Positions 40,363 to 51,160 of a stretch of DNA of 64,000 nucleotides are shown here, piece by piece (within the stretch, counting starts at the first letter, position 1; each line of letters begins with the position of its first letter). Position numbers and translations under genes: made by a program. The stretch is from an uncultured Nitrososphaerota archaeon. Lineage in GTDB: Archaea; Thermoproteota; Nitrososphaeria; Nitrososphaerales; CADDZS01. The notes under the pieces were generated by a model that was given only the letters and a program-made list of their open reading frames with translations, ran no database searches and was not told where the DNA came from. The DNA lies in the NCBI GenBank assembly GCA_963799845.1, contig CAWCYI010000004.1, positions 1,952,001-2,016,000 on the forward strand, written 5' to 3'.

Positions 40363-41391
40363 TCAGCTGGAATTAGAGGTTGCAACATAAGCTGACGCAT
40401 TTTTCATTGCTTCCCCAGCTTGATTAACGAGTGTCGTCATGATTTCCGCAGCAGTAGGAAGGTTCGAGATCAATCCTACACTCTGGCCAGCCAACATCAT
40501 GAGACCTTCAATGTCTCCTTCCATCCCAGGAAAAGGATCTTCCATATCGTAATAGTGAATCTTCTTGCCGTCGCGTGTAGTTGCTACTGTCTCGCCTTCT
40601 TTCGGACGCTTCCCTCGGGGTGGTCTCCCTGCTTTCTCCCAGTCTTCAATGGTTTTGTTCCTTAGTGCTCGATGCGGTGCATTCTCCCAATCCGAGTCAA
40701 ACAATATGGTATATTCAGTATCTGTCTCCTCGGCTTTCAAGATCCGCTCTTTGTAAATTTGGTGAAACGGAGACTCCTTGCTCGCAACGAACCGAGTTCC
40801 TAGCCATGCACCCGATGCCCCAAGCATCAATGCGGCTGCGATTCCCCGTCCATCACCGATTCCACCCGCTGAAACGACTGGTTTTGGATATACTGCATCG
40901 ACGACGCATGGGGTAAGCGGCATGGTAGCAACCGTCCCCCACACATGTCCGCCCGCTTCCCACCCTTGGGCAACGATTACATCTACGCCGCTATCGGATA
41001 CTTTTCGCGCTTCCGATGCGCTTGCAACTGTTGATGCAACGATTGCACCAGCGTCATGTAAGGTCTTGATGTAAGGAGATGGATCGCCCCAAAAGAACGA
41101 GACGATTGGTACGCTTTCGTCCAAGCAGGTCTTTAGGTTCTCGTCTGGAGGCCATTGAGGTCTCGATAAGATAAGATTTACCCCGAAGGGTTTGTCGGTA
41201 AGTTTCTTGATTTCGCGAATATTCTTTCTGACTTCGTCTGGGCCTGAATACGTAGGAAGCATCCCGAGACCGCCTGCGTTGGACACTGCTGCAACGAGTC
41301 TGGGGCTTTCAACTATCGGCGCTTCGATTATGGGAACCTCGATATGCAAAAGGTCGCAAAGTTTTGTGTGAAGATTGTATTTCGAGTTCAA
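40363..41391 (-). CDS. Nitronate monooxygenase/2-nitropropane dioxygenase family flavoprotein
   Basis: AAVSNAGGLG, PFGVNL, QGWEAGGH, AGGIGDGRG, GTRF, AGQSVG. Confidence 0.92.
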   Translation of the reverse strand: MNSKYNLHTKLCDLLHIEVPIIEAPIVESPRLVAAVSNAGGLGMLPTYSGPDEVRKNIREIKKLTDKPFGVNLILSRPQWPPDENLKTCLDESVPIVSFFWGDPSPYIKTLHDAGAIVASTVASASEARKVSDSGVDVIVAQGWEAGGHVWGTVATMPLTPCVVDAVYPKPVVSAGGIGDGRGIAAALMLGASGAWLGTRFVASKESPFHQIYKERILKAEETDTEYTILFDSDWENAPHRALRNKTIEDWEKAGRPPRGKRPKEGETVATTRDGKKIHYYDMEDPFPGMEGDIEGLMMLAGQSVGLISNLPTAAEIMTTLVNQAGEAMKNASAYVATSNSS

Positions 41392-41635
41392 AAATAGTAT
41401 TCACCCAGCTGCTGTTCAGTAACGGTGCGTTTGGACATTGTCGGTCAGACCACAGATAACTACTATTAAGTTTGTGAAATTTCAGGAATCTCAGAGATGA
41501 ACATTTCTTCCGTCCGCCGAGCCTAATAGGAGGGATAAAATTATCCCTTGATAGAATGAGATCAGAAACGAACCAGCTTCGGTTCCGAACGGTATTCGGA
41601 CGCGTATTTACCAATAATGGAAGATTTACAAATGA

Positions 41636-44012
41636 TCAGTCCGCGTCGGGAAAACCAACCTTCTTTAGAAATGCCTGAAACCTGGGATCTGAGCGAAAGT
41701 CATCGAAACTAGAATCGGTGTTGATGCCGATGAGATAACCCGCATGTCTTTGGTAGGCCTTCTCCAGCCACTACATCGCTTTGTCCTTTTCACCTAGGCT
41801 CACGTAAACCCCAGCAATTTCTGTTTCTGACATCTGGCTTTGTTCCCTCATCCTCAGCAGATCGGCAAGAATGTTCCTGACCTCATTGACATTTCCCGCT
41901 CAGGCGTAGGCGTACGCGAGATCACTCTTGAAACTCGCGATTTTTCCACTCGAGATTTCTACGGCTGCTTTTAGTTCAGAAATTCCTTTCTCAATCATTC
42001 CCTTCATGACGTATGCCATGCCCAGATTGTCATGCACTAAAGCTGAATTCGGATCCAGTACGATAGCATTTCTCAACACTTCTATAGCTTCGTCAACTCG
42101 TTGAAAATTCATAAGAAGAATACCAGCAAGCACAAATGTCAAGCTTGACAGAGGATCTAATTCCAAAGCACGTTGGCTTTCCAAAAGGCCTTCGTCAAAT
42201 CTTCTTAAATGCATGAGGCAATTCGCGAGTGCCGAGTGACCACCCGCCAGATTGGGACTAAGTTCAAGCGCTCGTCTCGTTTCTATTTCAGCACCTCGAA
42301 AATCCCACTTATGATAAAGCATAACCTGACCGAGTGCAACATGAGATTCAGGAATGGAAGGATCCAATTGTATTGCCTTTTCAGCAAACTTCTCGGCCCG
42401 TAAGAAGGCTTCATCTGAGGGAAGCATTTCTAAGAAACCAATTTGAGTGTAACACCAGGCAATCCCAGCGTAGGCTTGCGCATAATTCGGATCCTTTTGG
42501 ATCGCCTGCTCGTAATAATCTATCGTTTTCTTGAATGATTCAAGAGTGAACTGGCGACCGTAAGTGCGACCCTTTAGATACAGAATGTAAGCTTCCATGT
42601 TCTGGGTTGGTTTCTTTCCTAACTCCTTACTTTCCTTCGATAGGATAGTAACTTGAAGAGAATCAGCCACCTTTTGGGCGATCTCCTTTTGCAACGAAAA
42701 CACGTTCTCGAATTTTCTGTCGTAATCCTGAGACCACAAGTGCTCGTCGCTATCAACGTCGATCAGCTGCGCCGTAATTCGCAGATCGTCGCCTGCTTTT
42801 CTTACACTTCCTTCCAGCACTGCACCGACATTCAGTTCCTTTGCAATTTCAGAGAGATGCTTGCTCGTTTGCTTATAGCCCAACACAGAAGTGCGGGAGA
42901 TGACTCTCAGACCACGAATTTTAGATAGTGTCGAGATGAGTTCCTCGGTCATGCCATCCGCAAAATACTCGTCTTTTGGATCAGGACTTATGTTTGCGAA
43001 AGGTAGGACTGCAATACGGTTTTTACCAGAGATGGTTTCGATCGCACGCTTTTCTTCAAGTTTAGAGGTCTCTAGTTTTGAGCTTGCGGGTTTGGGTACA
43101 ACTTGGTCGTCTTCTAATCTTACGAACGTATTGACAAATTCGTTTCGTAGCGATCCAGCTCTAACCCAAAATTCCTTGTTTTCGGGATCTCCAGCATCGA
43201 AAAGATAATCGAACTTGATCCTTTCTTCCCCAGACGGCATCCGTTCGATACAGTGAAATGCTAGATCCCGAATCTGGCGTGCGCTTTTCAATTTCGGATT
43301 TAGTGCAATATAATAGAGAACCAGCTTTTCGACTTCATCGGCCTGCCGTCCCTTTTCGCTAGAAGCTCGCAAGAATTGCGTGGATGCGACTAGTAGCTTG
43401 TCACCCAGAGCTAAACCAGGAATTGATGATTCATTACGGCTTGGGATTCGACTCAAGAGATCAACTCCCTTGGGACGTTTGGCTATCCTTTCCTTCATTT
43501 CCAAAAGGGAATTTCCACCGCTCCCAGCTAGGATGAAACAAGTTCGGATCGTGTTTCTGTCTGGTGGTTCTAGTGATGGAAGAAGATCTTCATACGGCCA
43601 CGATTCTGAAGGTTTCGAATCTACTTCGTCAATGAAACACAAACGAGGTTTGTTAGCTCGCTCGACCTTGGAAAGCTCCATTCTGAATTTCTGCTCACCC
43701 ATTTGAGTCTAGGTTGAGCTCTGTGTACTCTATTTTGTCGCCCAGAGATTTCGCTATCTCCTGAATGAAGAAGCTCTTCCCACTGCCTGGAGGTGCCCAT
43801 ATCAGATAGTTATCTCTACCACGAGTTTGCGAAGTTAGACTGGTTACTATCCTCTGTTTAGTATCTTTGAGGATGTTTCTTGCAGATTCGTCGTACCTTA
43901 CGATTCCGCCGACGACACGGAAATTCGAAAGCTCAATCTCGTGGAGTTCGCGCACTAGACTGATGGCGTCTTGCTCACTAGAGAGAGACCCAGAACGTTT
44001 TGGTTCATCCAA
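41636..44012 (-). pseudogene. AAA ATPase-TolB-like-TPR protein, copy 2
   Basis: Paralog of 44102-46609; frameshift at about 43700; in-frame TGA at 41900 and TAG at about 41771; homology continues to RSDPRF...KVGF. Confidence 0.85.
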
Positions 44013-44101
44013 ATCAATATGCGCGACTTGCTCCCGAAAACTCTGCTGGGAACTATTATGATTTTGGTTCCTTTGAAAGGACTTTTCTTGGTTTCGTATC
44101 C

Positions 44102-46609
44102 TCAATTCATGACTGGTTCAGCATTAGCATTGGACAGAGGATTTACGACACAATAGCTACATAGACAATTGTGCTCCCAAGGAATCGAGATTCTAAAAAA
44201 ACCAAGAAACTGGTTTACTATTCTTAGTGATTTGAGCCCTATCCGCTTTAGTAACGAGCCGAAACGCTCGTCTGAGCGAATATTATCAAGCGGGAAACCT
44301 CCCCTAACAATTATGTACATATACGTAGATCTTTCCGTGTATGCTCGTTCTAACCATTCGAACGCTTTGTCTCTATCACCGAGCGCAGAAAAAGCACATG
44401 CCCAGGTGAACGCGCTAACGTGAGGATAGTTGTTTCTGTCCTGCAGTTCCTCGACAATCTTCCTTCCTTCGGTAACTCGGCCTGCTTTTGTTAGTGCATA
44501 CGCAAGATCTAATTGGCCATATGCGTCCTTCCCATGACTGAGTTCGATAGCCTTCTGAATTTCTGCAATTCCTTCACTAAGCATTCCTTTTTGCACATAC
44601 GTTAATCCAAGATTGTCATGTGCATTTGCGACAGTAGGATCTAGACTTATTACTTTCTTGAATTGTTCTATCGCCTCGTCGTAATGGCCAGCATACATTA
44701 GCGCGTTCGCTGCCACAGTCAGAGTATCTGTTGACAAGGGATCCAATTCTAGAGACCTTTTGATCTCTGTAAATGCTTCAGGAAATCTACTTTCATCGCC
44801 ATGGTAGATTGTCCAAATTGCATGATAGACATATGCCCTTGCAAAATTCGGGTTCAGCTCAATAGACCGACGGAATTCATATTCAGCGGCGTCGAAATCC
44901 CAGTCATAATTCAGATGTATCTGAGCCATCGACAGATGAGCGTCTGGAAGCATATTGTCGATTTCCAATGCTCTGATAGCGAATTGCTTTGCTTTCAGTC
45001 CTGCTTCATCTCTCGTTATGTAACTCCAAGCACCTAAGTACCAATAAGAGTCAGCGAGCCCGACAAATGCCAAAGAGAAGGACGAATCTTGTTCTATCGC
45101 TAGTTGGAAGTATTCTATTGCACTTTCAAATTCCTTTCCAGCCAGTTTGTTGAAATGGAACCTTCCTTTGAGATATAGAGTGTATGCTTCTTGGCTTTTC
45201 GTCGGGACCTTTTCGATGATTTCTTTTTCTTTAGGCAGAAGTCTGATCTTCAATGCCTTTGCAACGCTTGTTGAAATTTCGCTTTGGATTGCGAATACGT
45301 CCTGAAGCTCTCTGTCATAGGTTTCCGACCACATATGTTCATCTGTCTTTGCGTCTATCAATTGAACAGCGATTCTCAACCTATTCCCAACTTTTCGAAC
45401 ACTTCCTTCAAGCAAGTTCTCAGCCTGTAATTCCTGCCCAATCTCTGTAGTATTCTTGCTCGTTGCCTTGTACCGCATGATTGAAGTTCTTGAAATTACT
45501 CTCAGGCCATGTATCTTCGATATTGAAGAGATCAGTTCCTCAGTCATTCCGTCTGCGAAATATTCATCTTTAGGATCGGGGCTGATGTTGGCGAACGGCA
45601 GGACTGCAATTCGGTTTTTCCCAGAGATCGTTTCGATCGCATGCTTTTCTTCAAGTTTAGAAATCTCCAATTTTGCGTTTGATGGTTTGATTACTACTTG
45701 ATCGTCCTCTAATCTAACGAAGCTGTTGACAAACTCGTTTCTCAATGGACCCGTGCTGGTCCAAAACTCCTTGTTCTCAGGATCGCCAGCATCGAACAAG
45801 TAATCGAATTTGACCCTCTCCTCCGCAAGGGGCATGCGTTCAATGCAACGAACGGCGAGCTGACGAATCTGACGCGCACTCTTTAGTTGAGGATTAAGCG
45901 CGACGTAGAATAGTACCAGTTTTTCAACTTCGTCTATCTGACGGCCATATTCCCTCGCTGCATTCAGGAACTGGGTTGATACCACGAGAAGTCTATCGCC
46001 AAGTCCAAGCCCTTCAATTACAAAATCGTTTCTCGGTGGAATCCTGCTCAAGAGATCTATTCCCTTAGGGCGTTTAGCTATGTTCTCTTTCATTCCTGAA
46101 AGGGAATTTCCAGAGCTACCTGCGAGAATGAAGCAAGTTCGGAAAATCTTTCTATTTGCGGGTGGTTCTAGGGAAGGAAGTAGAGCTTCATACGGCCATG
46201 ATTCCGTTGGTTTTGAATCTACCTCATCGATGAAGACCAACCGAGGTTTGTCCAGTTTTTCGATTTCAGATAAAGCTCTGCGAAAATCTTGCTCACTCAT
46301 TTGAGCCAAGTTGAGCTCCATGTAGTGAATATGATCACCCATCGACCTCGCAATTTCTTGGATGAAAAATGACTTCCCGCTGCCTGGAGGCCCCCATATG
46401 AGATAATTATCACATCCAAAAGGTTGCGAACTGAGGCTCGAAACGATTCTTTGTTTCGTATCTTTCATCGAATTTCTTGCGGGCTCATCGAACCTTACGA
46501 ACCCTCCAACAACTCGAAACTTTGGAAGATCAATGCTGTATAATTCACGTACGAGACGAATCGCGTCTTGTTCTGATGAAAGAGATGAAGCAGACTTCGA
46601 TTCTTCCAA
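44102..46609 (-). CDS. AAA ATPase-TolB-like-TPR protein, copy 1
   Basis: GPPGSGKS, VFIDEVD; RIAVLPFANISPDPKDEYFADGMTEELI; multiple TPR repeats. Confidence 0.88.
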   Translation of the reverse strand: MEESKSASSLSSEQDAIRLVRELYSIDLPKFRVVGGFVRFDEPARNSMKDTKQRIVSSLSSQPFGCDNYLIWGPPGSGKSFFIQEIARSMGDHIHYMELNLAQMSEQDFRRALSEIEKLDKPRLVFIDEVDSKPTESWPYEALLPSLEPPANRKIFRTCFILAGSSGNSLSGMKENIAKRPKGIDLLSRIPPRNDFVIEGLGLGDRLLVVSTQFLNAAREYGRQIDEVEKLVLFYVALNPQLKSARQIRQLAVRCIERMPLAEERVKFDYLFDAGDPENKEFWTSTGPLRNEFVNSFVRLEDDQVVIKPSNAKLEISKLEEKHAIETISGKNRIAVLPFANISPDPKDEYFADGMTEELISSISKIHGLRVISRTSIMRYKATSKNTTEIGQELQAENLLEGSVRKVGNRLRIAVQLIDAKTDEHMWSETYDRELQDVFAIQSEISTSVAKALKIRLLPKEKEIIEKVPTKSQEAYTLYLKGRFHFNKLAGKEFESAIEYFQLAIEQDSSFSLAFVGLADSYWYLGAWSYITRDEAGLKAKQFAIRALEIDNMLPDAHLSMAQIHLNYDWDFDAAEYEFRRSIELNPNFARAYVYHAIWTIYHGDESRFPEAFTEIKRSLELDPLSTDTLTVAANALMYAGHYDEAIEQFKKVISLDPTVANAHDNLGLTYVQKGMLSEGIAEIQKAIELSHGKDAYGQLDLAYALTKAGRVTEGRKIVEELQDRNNYPHVSAFTWACAFSALGDRDKAFEWLERAYTERSTYMYIIVRGGFPLDNIRSDERFGSLLKRIGLKSLRIVNQFLGFFRISIPWEHNCLCSYCVVNPLSNANAEPVMN

Positions 46610-46748
46610 TTAAATGAACGCGACTTGAGGACGAAATTTGAGCGTCATCTATTATTATTTTGGTTCCTTTGACAGGGCAAAACCGATCCTAGATCGTTTG
46701 AAATTCTCAGCACTTGAGTTATGAATTCTAGCAGGTCGTCGGGCTCAA

Positions 46749-47213
46749 CTAAGAATCAACTACTTCTGATGCATTCTTGGCGAATAGATGCCCCGTTGTG
46801 TCATCCCTTTCTCGCCATAGAACGTTGATGATTTTCCACTTACCGTTGAACTTGGCTAACCCAATGTAATCGATTCCCCAACTCGCCTCTGTTCTCACTA
46901 TGGCCATGTCCTTATACCGATCAAGAATTGTCATATCTTCCTGGCGCTGAGCAACAGGAGTTCGCTTGACACGAGCTTTCCTATCGCCCCATCCGCCCTG
47001 GGTGTCGCGAATAAGCTTCGAGGCGGTTAACTCGTACATTTTTGTTCGCCCAGTCTTGGGGTCAGTCCAAACCATTCGCTTGACAAGCCTGGGGTGCAAC
47101 GCACGCTTCATACGGGATCCTTCCCACGTGTAACATGATTCGACGTAATCGAGGACTGTCTTTCGTATTGCATATGCTTCGGAGTCCTCCAAAGCGGAAG
47201 AAGTGAGAGCCAT
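46749..47213 (-). CDS. NTF2-like (putative lumazine-binding) protein
   Basis: AIRKTVLDYVE...RMKRALHP.L.KR...DY..LAKFNGKWKIINVLW. Confidence 0.8.
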   Translation of the reverse strand: MALTSSALEDSEAYAIRKTVLDYVESCYTWEGSRMKRALHPRLVKRMVWTDPKTGRTKMYELTASKLIRDTQGGWGDRKARVKRTPVAQRQEDMTILDRYKDMAIVRTEASWGIDYIGLAKFNGKWKIINVLWRERDDTTGHLFAKNASEVVDS

Positions 47214-47397
47214 CGAGACCGCGAATGAGTGCGACTATAAAAAAGATTCCAGAGAAATTGAACTCTTACGAAAGTTGCTGATTGAGGATCGTCACAGAAA
47301 GAAACTCTAGTTAAGCAAGAGCAAGCCCCAGTGCCCAACAATTGTCGTAGCAGAAAGTGAATATCTCGAAGTAGATGTACGATCAGAGAGTTTCCCA

Positions 47398-47535
47398 TTA
47401 GACTTTCTCATGATGCTTGTCCTTCATGTGACCATCCGAGAACATTGGGTTTATCTTGCCTTTACAAAGGCTGCAAACGTAAATGTTCCCATCTCTGCTC
47501 GTGTCAAATAGCTCGAAGTGTTGTTGCAATGACAA
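47398..47535 (-). CDS. 45-aa C2H2 zinc-finger microprotein
   Basis: YVCSLCKGKINPMFSDGHMKDKH; same length as the paralog at 48559-48696. Confidence 0.7.
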   Translation of the reverse strand: MSLQQHFELFDTSRDGNIYVCSLCKGKINPMFSDGHMKDKHHEKV

Positions 47536-47926
47536 GTTCACAACTTCTGTAGCAAGAAATTTCTTTCCTAACTTTGAAAAGCGCTTCTTCGTCTCGAATG
47601 TGCAAATATCCTCCTTGAAAGAACTTGGACGACTCAGAACGATTTTTGGGGATCTTGGTGGAATAAAGAGTTCGTCCAAGGGCTCGGCTCAGAAATTCAC
47701 AGTTTCACGTGTTTTACCAGCTTTGAAAAAAACCGCGTGTACTGATAAGGAAGGATTAGAAACTATCCGGAGATTCATGGATAACCTGGACGAATTTCCA
47801 TTTCTTGTGACAATTGTCAAGGACCAGGTAAACTACATGATTGTCGATGGTGAAAAGCACGCCGTGGCATTCTGTGAACATTCTCGGAAAAAACCAAATG
47901 AGGACGAAATCGTTTTCAGGGCATAA
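47483..47926 (+). CDS. Hypothetical protein (true start probably downstream)
   Basis: YMIVDGEKHAVA, weakly ParB/Srx-like. Confidence 0.35.
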   Translation: MFPSLLVSNSSKCCCNDKFTTSVARNFFPNFEKRFFVSNVQISSLKELGRLRTIFGDLGGIKSSSKGSAQKFTVSRVLPALKKTACTDKEGLETIRRFMDNLDEFPFLVTIVKDQVNYMIVDGEKHAVAFCEHSRKKPNEDEIVFRA

Positions 47927-47967
47927 CTCATTTCTCCAAAGTAAGAGTCACGATGATTTCTAATTTC

Positions 47968-48309
47968 TTACTGGAGAAGGTGATCCGTTTTGGTTGCCAT
48001 GATGAAGTCATTGCGATGCAATCCCTTGATCTTGTGAGTCCACCAAGTAACTGTAACTCTTCCCCATTCTGTTAGTATCGATGGATGATGCCCTTCCTCT
48101 TCTCCTATCTGACCCACCTTGTTTGTAAATGCTAGCGCTTCCGCGAAGTTTTTGAATTTGAACACTTTTTCAAGCCGTTTGATGCCGTCTCTCTCGACTA
48201 TTGACCAACTCACCACCTGTGGCTGAAGCCGAGTGATTTCTTCGGAAGTGACAGTTGGTTCTCCCGCACGACAAGCAGTGCACTTTGTTTGGGAGAGTGG
48301 CTGTTCCAT
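47968..48309 (-). CDS. phhB: Pterin-4-alpha-carbinolamine dehydratase
   Basis: FKFKNF..ALAF.N.VG...[23 protein letters not shown]. Confidence 0.93.
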   Translation of the reverse strand: MEQPLSQTKCTACRAGEPTVTSEEITRLQPQVVSWSIVERDGIKRLEKVFKFKNFAEALAFTNKVGQIGEEEGHHPSILTEWGRVTVTWWTHKIKGLHRNDFIMATKTDHLLQ

Positions 48310-48558
48310 CGGAGAATAATCCTTCTAAAATAATCATCTTTGGTGCAATTATTAGTTATTCTGGGAAGAATGGTCGATTCTTGACGGTTATCCGCCAGAA
48401 CTCGGGGTCTTTGTCCGTGGAAAACAGATCACTTATCTTCGATATTCCTTAAGGCGATGCCCCGAGGTCCAACTTGACCGTTGTCTTCCAGACTGCTCTC
48501 GCGATGGGAACTAACAAGTCGAGATTTAAGAAAAGCGATCTATGCGAAAATGGTTCCG

Positions 48559-48696
48559 TTAAACTCTATCGGGATGATTCTCCTTCATGTGCTCATCCCA
48601 AAACATGGGGTTTATCCTTCCTTGGCATAGGCTGCAAACGTAATAATCGCTCGGACCACTTGTATCAAAACGCTCAACGTATTTTGGTAAAGACAA
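48559..48696 (-). CDS. 45-aa C2H2 zinc-finger microprotein (not in ORF track)
   Basis: MSLPKYVERFDTSGPSDYYVCSLCQGRINPMFWDEHMKENHPDRV; starts about 12 bp after the Ku-like gene. Confidence 0.75.
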   Translation of the reverse strand: MSLPKYVERFDTSGPSDYYVCSLCQGRINPMFWDEHMKENHPDRV

Positions 48697-48708
48697 ATTA
48701 CTACAGTC

Positions 48709-49632
48709 TTACTTTGAAATGTTGACCTTCGGTTTTCTTGCGACTACAATCGTTGGGACTGGCGGCTCTTCATTTTTCACTGGTGTTTCTTCCAATGATG
48801 AACCTGAATCCAACTGAAGGACACCCTCGCTCATTCCCATAAGCAGCCATAACTTCCCATCTTTTCTTTCGTAAGGATAAATGACCGCAGTGTAGTACTG
48901 GTATCCTCTACCCCACGAGAAAAACGCAACTAAAGCGGTCTGCTTTTCGAGAAGATTTCTAGCGAACTTGTTGACTCTGTTTTTTGATTCACGGACTTTC
49001 TTATCTGGATCAGCTGCGAGCATGTAAACCTCTTTGAAACTGTATTCTGGCACGCGTTCTAATGAAAGATGAGCGTCTTCAGAAACTTCGATCTCGGTAG
49101 TTCGATCGAACGGCTCTATGGCTTCGTCATCTTGCTTGTCAACCACTTGGCTGACTGGAACTTCAGTAAATTTTCCGTTGATCTCCAGGTCATCTCTGAG
49201 AAAGTATCTCCTCTCGGTCTTCGCAAAAACGAGATATTCATTGTCTTTATCGAAACGCACCTTATCCTTCACTTCCTCGTACGGAATCTCTTTGACATCA
49301 AGGCGCTCGCCATTCGGTCCCAAATGATAAGCGAACAACTTCGGAACGTCTTTTGCGATCACTTCGTTTCCAGATTCCTTGTCGACTCTCTTGTACTGGA
49401 CTGGCGTTTGATCGCCATGAATCTTCGCTGCCCTTAGATGATATTGTAACGAGCCTAATCCAAGCTCGGGAACGTTCAAAGTCAAGACACCGCGCCACAA
49501 TGCTCGCGTTGTGACTTTGGCGGAAGCCTTCTCGACTTCAGCGAATACGTCGGTCTGCAAGACTGGAACTGTTACTGTTAGATCTTCTGCGAAATTTAAG
49601 TCGGCCCGTGGACTGTTTCTATCGGAATGCAA
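48709..49632 (-). CDS. Divergent prokaryotic Ku-like DNA end-binding protein
   Basis: RALWRG..LGL; VQYKRVDKESG.EV; EIPYEEV; T.EIEV; F..VYML; ALVAFF; AVIYP follow the bacterial Ku core pattern. Confidence 0.6.
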   Translation of the reverse strand: MHSDRNSPRADLNFAEDLTVTVPVLQTDVFAEVEKASAKVTTRALWRGVLTLNVPELGLGSLQYHLRAAKIHGDQTPVQYKRVDKESGNEVIAKDVPKLFAYHLGPNGERLDVKEIPYEEVKDKVRFDKDNEYLVFAKTERRYFLRDDLEINGKFTEVPVSQVVDKQDDEAIEPFDRTTEIEVSEDAHLSLERVPEYSFKEVYMLAADPDKKVRESKNRVNKFARNLLEKQTALVAFFSWGRGYQYYTAVIYPYERKDGKLWLLMGMSEGVLQLDSGSSLEETPVKNEEPPVPTIVVARKPKVNISK

Positions 49633-49701
49633 TCATAGGTAAAACAAACTAGACCCTCTTCTTTCAGGCCAAGTTAACGAGAACAGACTAGCTGGTTTCG
49701 T

Positions 49702-50752
49702 TTAGAACCCATCTGCGTCTCGCTCAACGATTGCGAGGAACCACTTCGGCTTTGCCAGGACGAGGGCAATCGTAAGCAGTATGATCGGAATTATGACGTG
49801 GGCGGAGAAATCGATCCAGAATGTTACGAGGCCCGAGGATCCAGCTAGGGCGCGAATAACCTGAAAATCCCCGAATGGTGAAAGTGCTGGATTAGATACA
49901 AGTGTGAATCTGCCGCCAAGCGTCAGGATGCTGTACATGGAGTACGGAAGGGCGATCACATCTCCACCGATTAGAGCGAGGACCGAAGCTATGGATCCTC
50001 TTATCGCAGCGTCGAAAGTATCACTCTGCTTGTAGATCGTGTACGCAAAGAGAAAGAGGAACAGGTCGTACACTGTTTGAGTTACGTAGTAGAGGATGAA
50101 GGTCAGGATCGGGTTTGTCGCGGAAGCACTCCAAGCCTCATATTGATTGTTCAGTAAGTCAGCTCCATATCGCTGCCATAATCAAGACGACTAGGAGAAG
50201 GTACGCTTTCAGTTGGTCTTGACGCTTTGAGGAATATCCGCCGACGATCTCTATGAACCAATGCGGCTCTGCGATAACTAGGGCCGCGCCCAAGAGTAAA
50301 ATTGGAAAGATCACCTGACTTCCAAAATCATTCCAGAAAGTTACCACGCCAGACGGACCCGCGATGAATCGGATCAACTGATAACCGCCGAAAGGGGTCA
50401 GCAGCGGATTGGGAACGAGTATCAGGGTTCCGCCAAAACTCAGGATGCTGCTGGTTACGTGTGGCAGCGACATAACATCAAGACCAACGAGGGCGAGAAT
50501 CGAGGCAATCGTTCCCCGAATTGCAGATCCTAGAGACTTGTCAGATTTGTACACGTTGTACGCGAACAGGAAGATGAAAAGATCGTAGAGGGGCTGACCG
50601 AAATAATACGCGAGGACAATCAGGATCGAGTTTGTACTTGGAAGCGCACTCCAAAGGACGTAATCATTGTTCAGGACGTACGCAAGAATCGCGGCAGCGA
50701 TGAAGTTCGCGAGAACGAGATAGGCTTTCGCCGCTGTCCTGTTGAACGCCAC
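49702..50752 (-). CDS. Tandem duplicated multi-TM protein (two homologous units joined by a frameshift at about 50160)
   Basis: Both units contain KAYL.L...LNN.Y..WSA, YDLF.FLFAY, AIRG.IAS.LAL.G.DV, PFG..Q.IR..AG.SG.VTFW. Confidence 0.7.
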
Positions 50753-50776
50753 AAGATCAAAAACGCTTTTTCTTCC

Positions 50777-51160
50777 ATGCCGAGGAAGCGGGCGCGGTAT
50801 CGTCTTATCGATAGCAAAAGGAACGTTGCGATCCTCTGTGCAATCATCGTCGTAGCAGCGATAGTTGTCTCACTGGCATTTTTCCGAGTCTCATCAACGA
50901 ACAGCTCAAATTGTCAGGTCGAGATTTCGGTCAGCCCTTCCAGTGGCGGATCGGTTAGCTCAGCATCAAGTTTCGCTTGCATCTCGGGCGGAACACCGCA
51001 GAGTCTAGCGATGAGAGCAACGCCGAATCCTGGATATGGATTTCAGAGCTGGACCGTTTCAGGTGGTTATGCCGATTGCGCGACATGCGCCTCGACATAC
51101 GTTTGGGCGGATTCCGGTACGACTGTTATCCAGATGACCGCGAATTTCGCGCCTAACTAG
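50777..51160 (+). CDS. Membrane-anchored protein with an InlB-B-repeat-like domain
   Basis: N-terminal TM; SP..GGSV...ATPNPGYGFQSW...TANF. Confidence 0.7.
   Translation: MPRKRARYRLIDSKRNVAILCAIIVVAAIVVSLAFFRVSSTNSSNCQVEISVSPSSGGSVSSASSFACISGGTPQSLAMRATPNPGYGFQSWTVSGGYADCATCASTYVWADSGTTVIQMTANFAPN

Noticed and set aside
41636-41902. Stop-codon readthrough or recoding in AAA-TPR copy 2
   Set aside because: Both a TGA and a TAG plus a frameshift occur in the same gene, so pseudogenisation is simpler
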